This document shows positions 37,113 to 49,862 of a stretch of DNA of 64,000 nt, piece by piece (positions within the stretch are counted from its first letter, which is position 1; the number at the start of each line of letters is the position of its first letter). The notes beneath the pieces are model-generated. The model saw only the letters and a program-made list of their open reading frames with translations. It searched no databases and was not told the DNA's origin. The translations under genes were made by a program, and so were the position numbers. Source of the stretch: Rhina ancylostomus (lineage: Eukaryota); assembly GCA_030265395.1 (NCBI GenBank), contig JARFYF010000051.1, positions 33,846,146 through 33,910,145 of the forward strand. Reading direction: 5' to 3'.

Positions 37113-38864
37113 CACAAAAAGAAATGTCTATCAATTATAGGAAGCATATCAGGTACATGAACATTATAACAGGCACTAACCTTTCAGCCTCTTCTCTAAA
37201 AGGAGTTACAAATTGCTCCACTACTTTCCAGTGGCTGTATAACAACATTGTGTGTCACCCTAATTCCACTTGTGAAAGTCACATCAAAAAATCAAAATCT
37301 TCAATTGCGAGTTTCATAGAAATAACACGGGCAGTTTTCTCTGCGTAACCCTGTACTGAAAGTGGTATTAGCATGCCCTGTTGATCCATCACAAGTTCCC
37401 TACACTAAGCCTTGTGCACTCTCTGCAGTCGAGCCTTAAAGGGACATGTCACAATCCAAGCAACTCATCCAGCTACAGGGAAGTGTTGCTCCTGAATGAA
37501 TGGATGTTGCGATGATGATTTTGGCAGGGGATGGTTATGCTCGTGAAAGACCGCTCCCAAGGAATTAGAGGGACCTGGAGATGCTGGTAGGGAATAGTGT
37601 TTGCAGGAAGCACGTTCTTTGTGGAAAGGGACCAACTGTGACCTCAAAGTCCTGCAGGAGCTCCTGGCAAGATGTTGTGAAAGTCACGAGCGCAATCTCT
37701 CCCTATACTTTGGGGAAGCTTGCTTTGGAGGACAACTCCTTCCTGATTCCACGCGATAAAGTCTCATCAAGTACAAACTTGAGTGATCTTCCTCAGTGCA
37801 ATGAGCAGCAAACCAAGGCGTGGGGGAGGTCAGCAGTAGTCACCTGTAATGATCCCGAGGCTAGGGCTAGAATAATTATGATCTTGACCTTCAAAGGCAA
37901 AGCAGTCCAGGCACTCGTGCAGTTGTACCTGAAGTTGCAAGATGTCAGTGGAGATCAAAGAATGCAGTTTTAGTTTTGGCCCTTCAAATAGCATGGTTTC
38001 AGGAGAAACTGAGCTGGTGAAACAGACTTGTTGTGTGAGTAAGTAAGAATAGTTATGCTTCAGCCCAGCAAGGTTGAATATCTTTGGAGAATTTTACAAA
38101 TTGTACTACTGCTAAGGGACAGGAACTATGTGAGGTAACAATTGAGGAAGCAAAAGGAAAGGCTGGGGGGAGAGGGGAGAAAAACAAACACTGAATTTCC
38201 CAACAGGTGCTATGAAGCTCAGAAATGTGTGCAAAGTTGAAAGGGGGAAATGAAATGAGAAGAAAAAGAGAAACTGGGGTTATATAGAAAGCTTCACCTA
38301 AAATTTCCCTGAAAACATGCAACATATGAGCTAATGGAGGAAAAGACAATTACAAATCCTGTAACAGCAAATGTGGAATTTAAACTCAAAATTATGAAGT
38401 AAACGTGGAGCATTTTGCATCAGTAAAAGGTGACATTGGAAGTACCAGACCGTTATTGAAACCCATTAGGTTCACCAACATCTATAAAGAAAATCAGCTG
38501 TCCATTCCAGGCCAGATCTTTCAGTGGCTACAGACAAGAACAACGTGGTCCACTCTTAGTTGAAGGGCAATGAGGAACAGATAACCAATATCGGTCTATC
38601 CAGTGTTGCCCACATCCTGAAGGAATAAGAGCATGGAAAAGTAGAATGGCTTGGAGACAAACCCATTATTAAAGAGATTGATCTGAGTGCCTGCGAGCTG
38701 CTCACATCTTGCTTAAGGGCAAAAGTTTCAACTAGTTGCTTTTGGCAGCTATTACAATGTACAAGCTCCCACCATTTATTTACATGGTTTAAATTTAAAC
38801 TGTGGGACAACTTAATGTCATGAAGATATGCCACCCTGGGTGAGTTGTGTGGTGGAGCACTGGT

Positions 38865-39130
38865 GTCAGAATCATACAGCACAGAATCAGGCCCTTTGGC
38901 CCAACTGCTCCATGCAGACCAAGATTCCCATCTAAGTTGGACCCAGTCGCCTGTGTTTGGCCCATATCCTTCTAAACCTTTCCTATCCACGTACCTGTCC
39001 AAGTACCTTTTAAATGTTGTTAATATTTATCTTACATTTTTGATTACATTCTTACTCCACGAGAGTTGATTTAATCCAACCCCCTCATTATCCTAAGGGC
39101 TTCCATTAGAACACCCTCGGCTATTAGCTT
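38865..39130 (-). mobile_element. CR1-type LINE 3' end
   Basis: ATACAGCACAGAATCAGGCCCTTTGGCCCAAC..TTTGGCCCATATCCTTCTAAACCTTTCCTATCCACGTACCTGTCC. Confidence 0.8.
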
Positions 39131-39274
39131 CTCCTGACGAAGTCCAACACTCCCATCTCCCCCAAATTTGGTGCTTTCCAATCATATCAATAAACCTAAT
39201 TTGATGGTACAATGTATCTGTTAGTACATTAGATCTACTGACTTACATTGATCGGTACTGTGGGATAAATAGAA

Positions 39275-39480
39275 GACAAAAGAGACTGCAGATGCTGGAA
39301 TCTGGAACAAAAACAGAATGTTGGAAGAACTCACTGGGTCAAGCAGCATCTTTGGAGGCAAAAAGGTATAAGTCAACATTTTTGGTCCTGATGCTGGGTC
39401 TTGACCTGAAACGTCGACTTACACCTTTTGCCTCCGCAATGCTGCTTGACCCAGAGCTCTTCCAATGTTCTGTGTTTTGT
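39275..39480. mobile_element. Palindromic Penelope-derived element with a hammerhead-like motif in the loop
   Basis: Arms of about 70 bp (39307-39381 and 39409-39480). Centre GGTC-CTGATGC-T-GGGTC(TT)GACCT-GAAA-CG-TC-GACT. Confidence 0.75.
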
Positions 39481-40979
39481 GGAATAAATATTTCTGCATC
39501 AGAAATCCATTATGGATAAATTCTGCTTGATGTATATCAATATCTTTACCTATACACACATTTTGGTGCCAATAGCAGTTGTTGGCTGAGATTTTGTATG
39601 CAGAGATCAGAGACCACAACTGGGTAAATAATTTGTCAAATGGCACCAATTGTAATTTTTATTCACTAAAATTAATGACAGATAACGCAGGCCCAAAACC
39701 ACATTTCAAACTGCAGCAGGAGTGAAGACTTCGAAAATGTCTATGTTCCTTGCATTTCGATTGAAATATCAGACACCACCTCTTTCTTCAATTTATATAC
39801 TCCAACATATTCTTGTGATTGTATCTGGTTTTAATTTAAAAATGTAGGTTTCTTTGCATTTAACTTGAAACAAGCAGAATTCAAGCAGTGTAGTATCATT
39901 CAAGAAGTCTCAGATGGTTGCAAAAGATCTCACACTATGATTTGAACAAAAAATTGCATGGAAATTCACCTCAACCAACACTTAAGTACAATNNNNNNNN
40001 NNNNNNNNNNNNNNNNNNNNNNNNNNNNNNNNNNNNNNNNNNNNNNNNNNNNNNNNNNNNNNNNNNNNNNNNNNNNNNNNNNNNNNNNNNNNNNNNNNNN
40101 NNNNNNNNNNNNNNNNNNNNNNNNNNNNNNNNNNNNNNNNNNNNNNNNNNNNNNNNNNNNNNNNNNNNNNNNNNNNNNNNNNNNNNNNNNNNNNNNNNNN
40201 NNNNNNNNNNNNNNNNNNNNNNNNNNNNNNNNNNNNNNNNNNNNNNNNNNNNNNNNNNNNNNNNNNNNNNNNNNNNNNNNNNNNNNNNNNNNNNNNNNNN
40301 NNNNNNNNNNNNNNNNNNNNNNNNNNNNNNNNNNNNNNNNNNNNNNNNNNNNNNNNNNNNNNNNNNNNNNNNNNNNNNNNNNNNNNNNNNNNNNNNNNNN
40401 NNNNNNNNNNNNNNNNNNNNNNNNNNNNNNNNNNNNNNNNNNNNNNNNNNNNNNNNNNNNNNNNNNNNNNNNNNNNNNNNNNNNNNNNNNNNNNNNNNNN
40501 NNNNNNNNNNNNNNNNNNNNNNNNNNNNNNNNNNNNNNNNNNNNNNNTATCTGAAGCAGCAGATGCTTGAGACGTTGAAACAAGACCTGACAGACAAGAA
40601 TACAACACTGTACCACCATTTGCCCTTAAATCTCTGGAGTGAGATTTGGATTTACAATCTTCTGACTCAGGAGATAAATGCCCCAACCAAATCAAAGCTG
40701 TAGAGGAGGTTTCATATTAGTGCTGTAAAAATTGGAGATATCAGATATGATGAAAATTATCAACCTGTGATTTAGATTGAGCAAATAAAATGAAAAGTAA
40801 AGATTATCCACAGGATGGCAAGATCAGTTACCGCTCATTCCTAACCACCCTTCTGTTCAAGGATAAGTGTCGCTACTGTGGATCTGGAGTCTAACCAAAC
40901 AAGCAAGCATGGCAATAAACCCAGTAGGCTCAATCTGACAGCAGCAGGTCTCTGTGAAATGATAACTGAGACTTGTGAA

Positions 40980-41150
40980 GACTGTGTTAATTGGCTGTTG
41001 TAAATTACACCAAAGGTAGGTGGGTAGTTGGAGAATTGGGGGTGGGGTGGGAGTTGGTGGGTACATGAGAGAATAGGTTACAGACATATAAGTGGGGGAA
41101 TGGGATAGTTTTGGGAGCCAGTATAGACCATTTGGCCCATTGAGTCTGTT
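40980..41150 (+). mobile_element. V-SINE-like 3' fragment
   Basis: GTTAATTGGCTGTTGTAAATTACACC..GGGAGCCAGTATAGACC. Confidence 0.55.
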
Positions 41151-42934
41151 GCAAGCAAATGAGATGAGATATGAAAATATAAAATTACTGACACCGCTTC
41201 TAAAAACATCAGAGTGTATTTAATTAATTGAATTTAAATTCCCCAGCTGCAGTCATGGGATTTGAATGCATCTCTTGATCAATCTGTATCTCTGGATAAC
41301 TAATCCAGCAATTTAATCACACTGCCACCATGTCACTAAACTAAATGGTTTACATTCATTTCATCATGTGGCTTTATTTCCTGGACTATTAGCATAAATC
41401 TCCATTGTTCCTTTGCTCTGAAGACAGCAGACCCACAGCACAGTCCCTTTGCAATCTTCTTGGAAGAGATAGACTTCAGGCAACATCTGTCACACATGAA
41501 AATCTTTTGCCCCACTCTCAGTTTAGGAGTCACTAAAACACTGGCATTTTTTTTGTTTTATAGATAAAACGGAGGGAACTAATTTCTTCACAAATGCTTT
41601 ATAATGAATATTTGGTAAAAGTTCATTGAGAAATGAGAAATCATAGGTTTGGTCTGGGACCCATTACGTGTGCAAAATACTTCTGCATGTTGGAAAACTA
41701 ATCTTGTTATCCAGTCCCATTGGGACTGGTTATGCCACAAGGATACTTGAAGAAATTGCATGTGTTCTTATATGCCCATAGATAGATGAGCATTACTGTC
41801 AACTGGTATCACTGAATAGTAGAAAAATCTCAATGTCTTATTCGAGAAGCATGCAGAAACAGTATAGAGAGCAAAGAGTAAACAAACAATTGCAATTTAT
41901 ATATTTGAATTGAATTACTTAACCTTCAGCATGGAAAACCTGCAATGAATTAGTCTAAAACACAACTCGTATACAAACTGATATTGTTCCAACACCATTG
42001 CATCTATGTCCAGTGTTTGCTAGCAGATTACACTACATCTGTATAATAATTTCCTACCATTGCCATTCTTAGTTGGCATCATGACCGACTCTGTGGTAGG
42101 CAACCCAAACTGTGCCCTGACATTCTACAGGCCGGCTTGTGTTGAATTCTTGACCACATCAGATCTGCCCTAGAGCTTCTGCAGTGGAAACTTTTTTATT
42201 TAAAGAGAGAGCAACTTTAAAAATAGTTTGTAATCTCAAGACAATGTGGCAATGTGGCAACAACTTTGGGACAATTGAAAATTAGGCAAAAATCTACTGA
42301 CCTCCATCTTAAAGGGGGTCATAAAGTACATGTAGGAAACATGGGTAAATGGAGCCCAGCACAGATGACCCACAATCAAATGGTTGTTCAAAGGGTTGAA
42401 TGTCAACTCCACTAATTTGTCATATTTGTCAAATAAGTCCAACCAGATCATTTTGGCAGATTCAAAAATCATTCAAGAGTTCAATGTGATCAAATCAATT
42501 CAGACATTATACTTTAAAATTTGTGTTAACAGAAGCTGGTATTAAAATGAATTTAAGGATGAAAATAGAAGAAAATCTGGAAAACAAATAGAAAGTCTGA
42601 AGAAGTCTCCTCAATTTACGTACAAGTGTATTCTTAACAATGATCATTGCCTAACTGGAAAAGGCTTGGGCAGGTGAATGAGTTTGTACAATTGGCCAAA
42701 ATATGTTAACAGTAAAATGTGCAAGACAAAAGAGATTATCAATTGAAATTGATGTTATGCAAGGATTAAACAGGAAAAATTTGGCATTTTATACAGATAC
42801 TTCAAGTGTATTTTTGTATCTGTCACTGAGAATAATTTCTCCTCATCTTTAAAATACATCTAAAAATAATTGCAAAACCAGTGCATCACCACCTATATCC
42901 AGGACTCTTCCCAATTAACACGATTTGTTAATTT

Positions 42935-42937
<3 letters not shown>

Positions 42938-42998
<61 letters not shown>
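42938..42998. repeat. (TG)n microsatellite
   Basis: About 30 perfect units. Confidence 0.97.
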
Positions 42999-43000
<2 letters not shown>

Positions 43001-46000
43001 TGAAAGAGAAGGGAATGGAAAAAAAATTGATCCAGTTGTTGCCTACTTTTCTTTATTCCAACAAATACATTCCTTAAATTTTCCCTAAATACTTCTTCCT
43101 AAAAATTTTGATCAATGCACCAAAGATTTTAAACTCAGCCCACACCCCCCAGCCACTATATTCCAGGTACCATCCCAGTAAATGTGTCACTTTGTAGAAG
43201 GTGTGGTTGATTTGAAATTAGGTGATTTTGGCACTGGTAATTATAAAGCCTCACAGAATAGGTTCTCAGCAACAGCAGCTCTGGGGCAGATTGGGATAAT
43301 CTACCCACTGCAGGCTTATTGGCTACACATTAACATTAAAACTCAGAATTTACAGAGCAAGATGTGAAACAATGTGGAATAATAACTAGATGTACTGAAA
43401 CCTGCTGTAAGGGGTAAAAAGGTGGAGAACTCCTGTAGTGGAATAATGGGAGTGCTTTAAAAAGGCAGTCAATGATTCAGAAGGACACAGTAACCAAAAA
43501 AATGATTGAAAGTAAAATACATTTTTTCATTTATTTGTGCAGCACATGTAATATTTTTGTTCCATGTTTGCTTTTGGAAGGAGTCAACCTATGAATTTAC
43601 ACATTCTCCACATCAGTACAAAGCCACTTCAGCTTCCCATTAACTTGATTCGACAAAGCTGTGCATTAATGCTAAAACCAACTGAGGCAACATGGTAAGG
43701 AATTTATATACATAGCACCTTTTGCTAACTGAGGATGTTCCATTTCACAGCTGAAGTGGAATGAGATTCACTCCTCCAGAGCAGGCCGATCTTGAATTTA
43801 GTTTGCATTTACACAACTGTCTGCAACTGCGTTGTGAAACCACTTCAGGTGATGATATAGTTGTAGAGTAAAGACAGCTTGAGTAAATCTGTTTATAAAA
43901 GACTTTTCTCACAAATTGGTTTTCTTCTAGACAGAAGAAGTTTCTGCCACATTCCCACCGAGAACTTTAAAAATGTTAACCACAATATTGAAATTCTTCC
44001 TTAGTGTACATTACAAGACTATCCGGGGTGTAGAAAAACCTCTCCCAACTCTTTTGCGATTGTACTGCAATTCATTCACAGTTCTCCCCTCCACCCCACC
44101 CCCATATTAATGACCCCTGAAGGAGCCCTCAGGGATTGAGTAACAGGGCCGTTACACAAGGCAGCTCACTAATTGAGAAGTTGATCAGGGGTTGAGAAAT
44201 CCTGNNNNNNNNNNNNNNNNNNNNNNNNNAACCATGACTAGATTGACATCCCCAAATCACTGCCTAGAGGCCACTCTAAGTCAGAAACAGCAGTGCTTTT
44301 CACACCTGATAGGCCCCTACTCCATCTACATCAAGTCACATTAAAAAAGGAACATTTTAGAGCACAGGCCAAGCTTTCGGAGTAATTTGTTTGGCAGTCA
44401 AATTACTCACATGGACCCATTTGCTGTAACAGTCATGTAAGGAAACAAAAAAAAGGGCCATTTACAGAGAGTTATTTCAATTTGAATTGGAACACTGACT
44501 TTAATTTAAAGAAGAAGAAGTTAACAGAAGAACATAGTTTGTGCATAGATGTGCAAATCCCATTTTCTCAAGTTTTGTCTGCAGCATTTTAATAGCTTGG
44601 TGGTTATTGGGAGATTGTACCCACCCTTTTAAAATGAACTAAACTTGCCTATTGTTTGATTGCTCGTCTTTTATAGATCAGTTGAGATTAGAAAATCACA
44701 GGAATGATTAAAATGCCCTGTCTTGGCCACAACCAACAAACTATGGAATAAAACCAACTGAATAAACCACCCCCATCCCAAATAAAATTCAGATCTTGAT
44801 TTAACTTCACATCAGAGTGGACACCACACTATGCCCTGAACCTGGTTGTTATTGGGGTGTATGGAACCAATACGCAGTATTCAATGATGCCTGCTAAATA
44901 AAATTGCTACATCAATGTAAATGTCATTTCTTATTGGTTTCCCTGTTTTTGTTTCTTGCTTTTGAAAGACTGAGTATAAAGTCTCAAGGATTTATTTCTC
45001 AAAAATGAGATTTGAGAGTTCAAAACATCCCCTTGCCAAGATTCCTTCCACAACAGTTTGCAAATTAGAAGCCCTTAGTCGCGCAAGGGGAAAATGGATG
45101 CTGAAACAACAGTTTAAGACTGAAGGGCGCTTAAGGCTTACGAGCCATTTTGCAAATGTTTTGAATAAGGCTAGAATTTGAAAGCTTGTGTTCAAGCATG
45201 TGAAATTTTATACAAACCTTTGGTGACAAAATCTTGGGATTCCATGGTCAATTTGGAGAGACTTAAGTTTATCCTTTGACTTCAACCAAAATGTTAAAAA
45301 CTAATTTTAAAATGGTGATGTGACCAAAAATCCACTGTTTATCTTGTTCTGTACAAGAGCTTGGATGTCAATATGGGCCACTTTATTAAGATGCCAGAAA
45401 AGCAAAATTTAAATGCATCTTGTGGACTTGAAAATGTCAGGAATGCATGACTTCTGGGCTCCATTTGGAGCAGCTTGAGGAAAAGAATCATTTGTATATG
45501 CACTTTAACAGCATGGTCCAAAAAGAAAGGCTGGCAGCATGATTACTGACATTTTCCTGTGAGCAGAACACTAGTATTTTCCTGTGACACTTAAAGTGGT
45601 TTAATATTACAAGTGAAGCTACTGCAAATGGTGATTAAAGCCACTTTATTCCACTCACTCTTGTTCCACCATACCATCAAAATCTCTAAGAGGTACTTCG
45701 AACATTTGAGGCATTCATAGACGGACTCATTTTTGTGAAGATTGCGAGGGTTTATTCCTTTCTTTGCCTTGAAGCATTCTCATCATGTGTCAAAAATCCA
45801 GGACAAGAGTAGTTTATAATGCGCATATGTAATTTGAATTCAATACCCCAAGAGTCTCCATCAATACCCAAAGTTTAATGCTGGCTTTGTCTGTCTGGTC
45901 AATGACTGGGTGTGAAATAAAGGTCGCTTGTTGATCGCNNNNNNNNNNCTCTCAGATTCATTGCTGGACTCTGAGCCTTTGCTGTTTTTGAAAAACGTCA

Positions 46001-46234
46001 AGTCTTTAAGAAATTATGTGGAAAGTTGCATTGTGAAGTGTGGTTGTCAAGGAATGTGAACTTGCATTATAATGAATTAAAAAGGAAGCAGGCACAGGTG
46101 AAAGGTGTAGTCCACTCTGCAGTCTGAATATACCCCAAAAAGCAACTCATTGTGATTTAGAAACAGCCATTATATTACAGATGGCGGAAAAATTTTTGAA
46201 AAAATTCTTGTGGATGGCATAAAACAGCATTTAG

Positions 46235-46320
46235 AAGCATGGGTTTATCAAAGACTGTCACAGATTTGTTCAGGGAAGATCATGCCTGGCTAACAATTGA
46301 ATCTGAGGTAACAGCATCAT
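46235..46320 (+). mobile_element. CR1 reverse transcriptase remnant
   Basis: CACAGATTTGTTCAGGGAAGATCATGCCTGGCTAAC reads HRFVQGRSCLAN, resembling the CR1 motif HGFVKGRSCLTN. A KFADD remnant also lies at about 9040-9060. Confidence 0.55.
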
Positions 46321-47699
46321 CTTACTACCCTCTCTGATTGTCTAGTGCCTTGCTAAAATTCATGCAGGACATAATCGAAGTCTCACATTTATCATGCAGG
46401 ACCCCACAGAAACCCAGAAAGAGGCAAGTAGTCAAAGAGTTGTACGTGACAGGGCTCCACAGGCTTTGGCACTAGGAGCATTTGTTTTGCTGTGATGTAG
46501 ACAAAGAATTGGACATAGTCAGTTTTGGCATTTTAGGCAAACNNNNNNNNNNNNNNNNNNNNNNNNNNNNNNNNNNNNNNNNNNNNNNNNNNNNNNNNNN
46601 NNNNNNNNNNNNNNNNNNNNNNNNNNNNNNNNNNNNNNNNNNNNNNNNNNNNNNNNNNNNNNNNNNNNNNNNNNNNNNNNNNNNNNNNNNNNNNNNNNNN
46701 NNNNNNNNNNNNNNNNNNNNNNNNNNNNNNNNNNNNNNNNNNNNNNNNNNNNNNNNNNNNNNNNNNNNNNNNNNNNNNNNNNNNNNNNNNNNNNNNNNNN
46801 NNNNNNNNNNNNNNNNNNNNNNNNNNNNNNNNNNNNNNNNNNNNNNNNNNNNNNNNNNNNNNNNNNNNNNNNNNNNNNNNNNNNNNNNNNNNNNNNNNNN
46901 NNNNNNNNNNNNNNNNNNNNNNNNNNNNNNNNNNNNNNNNNNNNNNNNNNNNNNNNNNNNNNNNNNNNNNNNNNNNNNNNNNNNNNNNNNNNNNNNNNNN
47001 NNNNNNNNNNNNNNNNNNNNNNNNNNNNNNNNNNNNNNNNNNNNNNNNNNNNNNNNNNNNNNNNNNNNNNNNNNNNNNNNNNNNNNNNNNNNNNNNNNNN
47101 NNNNNNNNNNNNNNNNNNNNNNNNNNNNNNNNNNNNNNNNNNNNNNNNNNNNNTAGTTTAATTATTGGTAGTGTTAGGGTGATTATTCAATGAAATGAAA
47201 GAATTATAGCAGGTATATGTAGAACAAAACGATGTGGATTACTATAGAATACAAATGTTTCTGATTGAGAAATTGGTGTATGGACAGTTCTTGGGAATAG
47301 AACCCTTCAGTAACCCAGGGACCACCTGTGTTATATTATGAAAGACCCAAACAGGGTGAACAGTAATGATCTCTTTTCCTTAGTAGGAGAGAACAATAAG
47401 CAGAGGCAATAGATGTGTTCATTGGTTGGATGAGTATGAAACCCCCCCCCCCCACTCCCACTGTGTGGTTGGAGTCTGGAACACACTGCCTGAAAGAGTG
47501 GTGGAAGCAGAAACCTCACTACATTTCACACTCCCCACTTGATCACCTGAAGACCCTCAAGCTAAAGGTCATTTCTGGTCCATGAGCTAGGAAGCAGGAT
47601 TAAACCCAAATCCATTACTTGCTGGCATGGAAACTAAAGGCCTCCTTCAGTGCTGTAAATTTTTATGATGATCAAGAACGTTGGCCCAACATTGCCACA

Positions 47700-47915
47700 C
47701 CCCAACTACATATCATACTTCCTTGAGAATAACTTTTTCCCCTTCCCATCACCTCTTTATACTGACTCACTCCCCTTTATCTTTCAGTCCAGATGAAGGG
47801 TCTCAAGCAGAAATGTTGGCTGTCCATTTACCGCCACAGATGCTGCCCGATTGAGTTCCTCCAGCCGTTTGTTTGTTGCTCCAGATTTCCAGCATCTGCA
47901 GTCCTGTGTCGTCTC
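47700..47915 (+). mobile_element. Penelope-like 3' end with a near-intact hammerhead motif
   Basis: Pyrimidine-rich run, then CAGTC-CAGATGA-AGGGTCTCAAGCA-GAAA-TGTT-GGCTG and the full tail to CCAGCATCTGCAG. Confidence 0.65.
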
Positions 47916-48194
47916 CTCTTTTTCTAAACACTTCTACAAAGAGCAACCTGTTGAATCTGTGGGGCAGCTAACTACACTACAGAGAGTACCCTTTCAGAGC
48001 ATCAATGGTCACACATCCTGTCAGAGTCCCTGACTGTTGCCCTCAGTGGTCATCTGCCACACAACCAAATTTCTGATCAATAATTTTTCAGATCCATGAG
48101 CTTCAACTTTTGCCAATTAACGACATTATCTGCAATTTCAGGAAGCCCATTATAGGTAGGCTGCTACCTGCTAGTATAGTCAAAAGCAAACCAA

Positions 48195-48395
48195 AAGAGG
48201 CAAATTCAGGAAATTTGAAATTAAAACAAAATTCTAGAAACAGAGGTCAGGCAACATCCATGGAGAGAGAAACAGTTAATGCTTCAGGTCAATGAGCTGC
48301 CATCAGAAGTAACCATTCTAAAAGTAAGGTCATCAACTTGACATCATCTCTCCACAGATGCTGCCTGGCCACTTAATGTTTCCAGCTCTTCTCCC
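48195..48395. mobile_element. Palindromic Penelope-derived element
   Basis: GGTCAGGCAACATCCATGGAGAG is inverted relative to TCTCCACAGATGCTGCCTGGCC. Confidence 0.55.
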
Positions 48396-48719
48396 TTTGG
48401 CCATTATCACATCTTCAAAGAGCTCAATAGTTGTCAGACACGATCTACCTTTTAAAAATCCATACTAGGAAAGGGATTCCAATTTCCCTGCTAACAAATT
48501 TACTGGAAAAAGTGGAGTTGTACGGTACATTCAATTTTCCATTCCACAAGAAAGAACACTAGTGGAAAGAAATCAGGGTGTGTGCAATAATCTCATCTAT
48601 CCCAGAGGATCTGTCTCCAATAGTGCAACCATTTTCTTTGTCACATTAATGTTGTCAGCTCACTCCTGATACAATACCAGTTTCTCTGGAATGTTTTGCA
48701 GGCTTTTCTAAAAGTGAGG

Positions 48720-49575
48720 TTAGAGCAGGTAGTGCTGCTGTCTCACAGCTCCAATGACCAGTTTCGATCCTGATTGCCACTGCCGTGTGAAGATCAAGGT
48801 GCACCAGTTTCTTCCCACTTCCCAAAGATGTGCTGCTCAGTCAGTTAATTGTCACTTTAAATTGCTCCTAGTGTAGGTGGGTGGTTGGCAAATCAGGGGA
48901 AAGTTGAGGGGCATGGGAGAGAATGGAGGAATGGGATTGATGGGAATACTCAGAGCTGTCAGACTCTATGGACTTAATGGTCCATGTCATAAGGAAATAT
49001 AAATAATGATGCAAAAGGAATTACTCAACAATTCCTCATCTTCTACTTACAATCAGTGCTCACCTTAGGTGGGCCACTTCCTTCCTTTCCTTACAGGTTG
49101 CTTAATGACGTGCACACAGTCTCAGTAGGTCAAAGGGTCTGCTTCTGACTTGTTCCTCATCCCCCTTTGTTTTATTTCTTCCCCTCACCTGGAGATGAGG
49201 AGTTCTGTTTGCACTACACTATTTTGGTTGCCCTTGAACACTTTTGAAGAGCGAGATCCTATCCTGTTTTAGGAGGTACAAGCTCATAATGACGCAGGAA
49301 GCAACTATTTGGCCATTGTTATTTCTCTTTCCCCTTGCAAGTTGTTCTCTCCAACACATCCATCAACTCCTCTAAGTCTTTTTGCCGTTAACCTCCACAA
49401 CTGGGTGATCATACAGTGGTCAATTAACCTGCCCAGCCCATCCATAGAATCTGGGAGGAAAACAGGGCACCGTTGGGAAAAAGTCACAGGGAGAACATGC
49501 AAACTCCACACAGATAGCACCTCTGGTCAGGATTGGACCAGAGTCACTGGAGTTGCAAGATTGCAGTACCGTTTG
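48720..49575. mobile_element. Inverted pair of V-SINE-like elements (48720-48995 +; 49310-49575 -)
   Basis: GCTGCTGTCTCACAGCTCCAATGACC..CCCACTTCCCAAAG on the plus strand, and CACAGGGAGAACATGCAAACTCCACACAG..CACTGGAGTTG as reverse complement. Confidence 0.7.
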
Positions 49576-49749
49576 TTCAGCATCACAAAATTTCTTTGCA
49601 AAACCTCCTTCTGATCTTGCCATTTTCTCCATTAAGAACCTTGACCCAAAGATTGTAAGGCAAAATTAACGTCTGGAACTCTTAGGTCATTACATTGTTC
49701 AGAGTGAAAATCTGAAAGCCAAATACACCGCTCTCATAACAATGCTTTC

Positions 49750-49862
49750 CCAGCTCTGATGATAGGTCATGACCTGAAATGTTAAGTTTCCTTCACAGAT
49801 GCTGCTGAACCTGCTGAGTATATCTGGCATTTTGTTTGATTTCAGATCTGAAGCATTTGCAT
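49750..49862 (+). ncRNA. Penelope-derived element with intact hammerhead boxes (49756-49783)
   Basis: CTGATGA-T-AGGTCATGACCT-GAAA-TGTT, then CACAGATGCTGCTGAACCTGCTGAG. Confidence 0.5.

Noticed and set aside
39918-47156. Long ORFs (198-261 aa) in the ORF track
   Set aside because: They consist almost entirely of X from assembly gaps. The same applies at 32.6, 58.4 and 63.5 kb.
2918-49862. Recurrent CAGATGCTG / CAGCATCTG units as a CRISPR array or E-box cluster
   Set aside because: They are dispersed, irregularly spaced and embedded in retroelement copies. There is no spacer periodicity and there are no cas genes.
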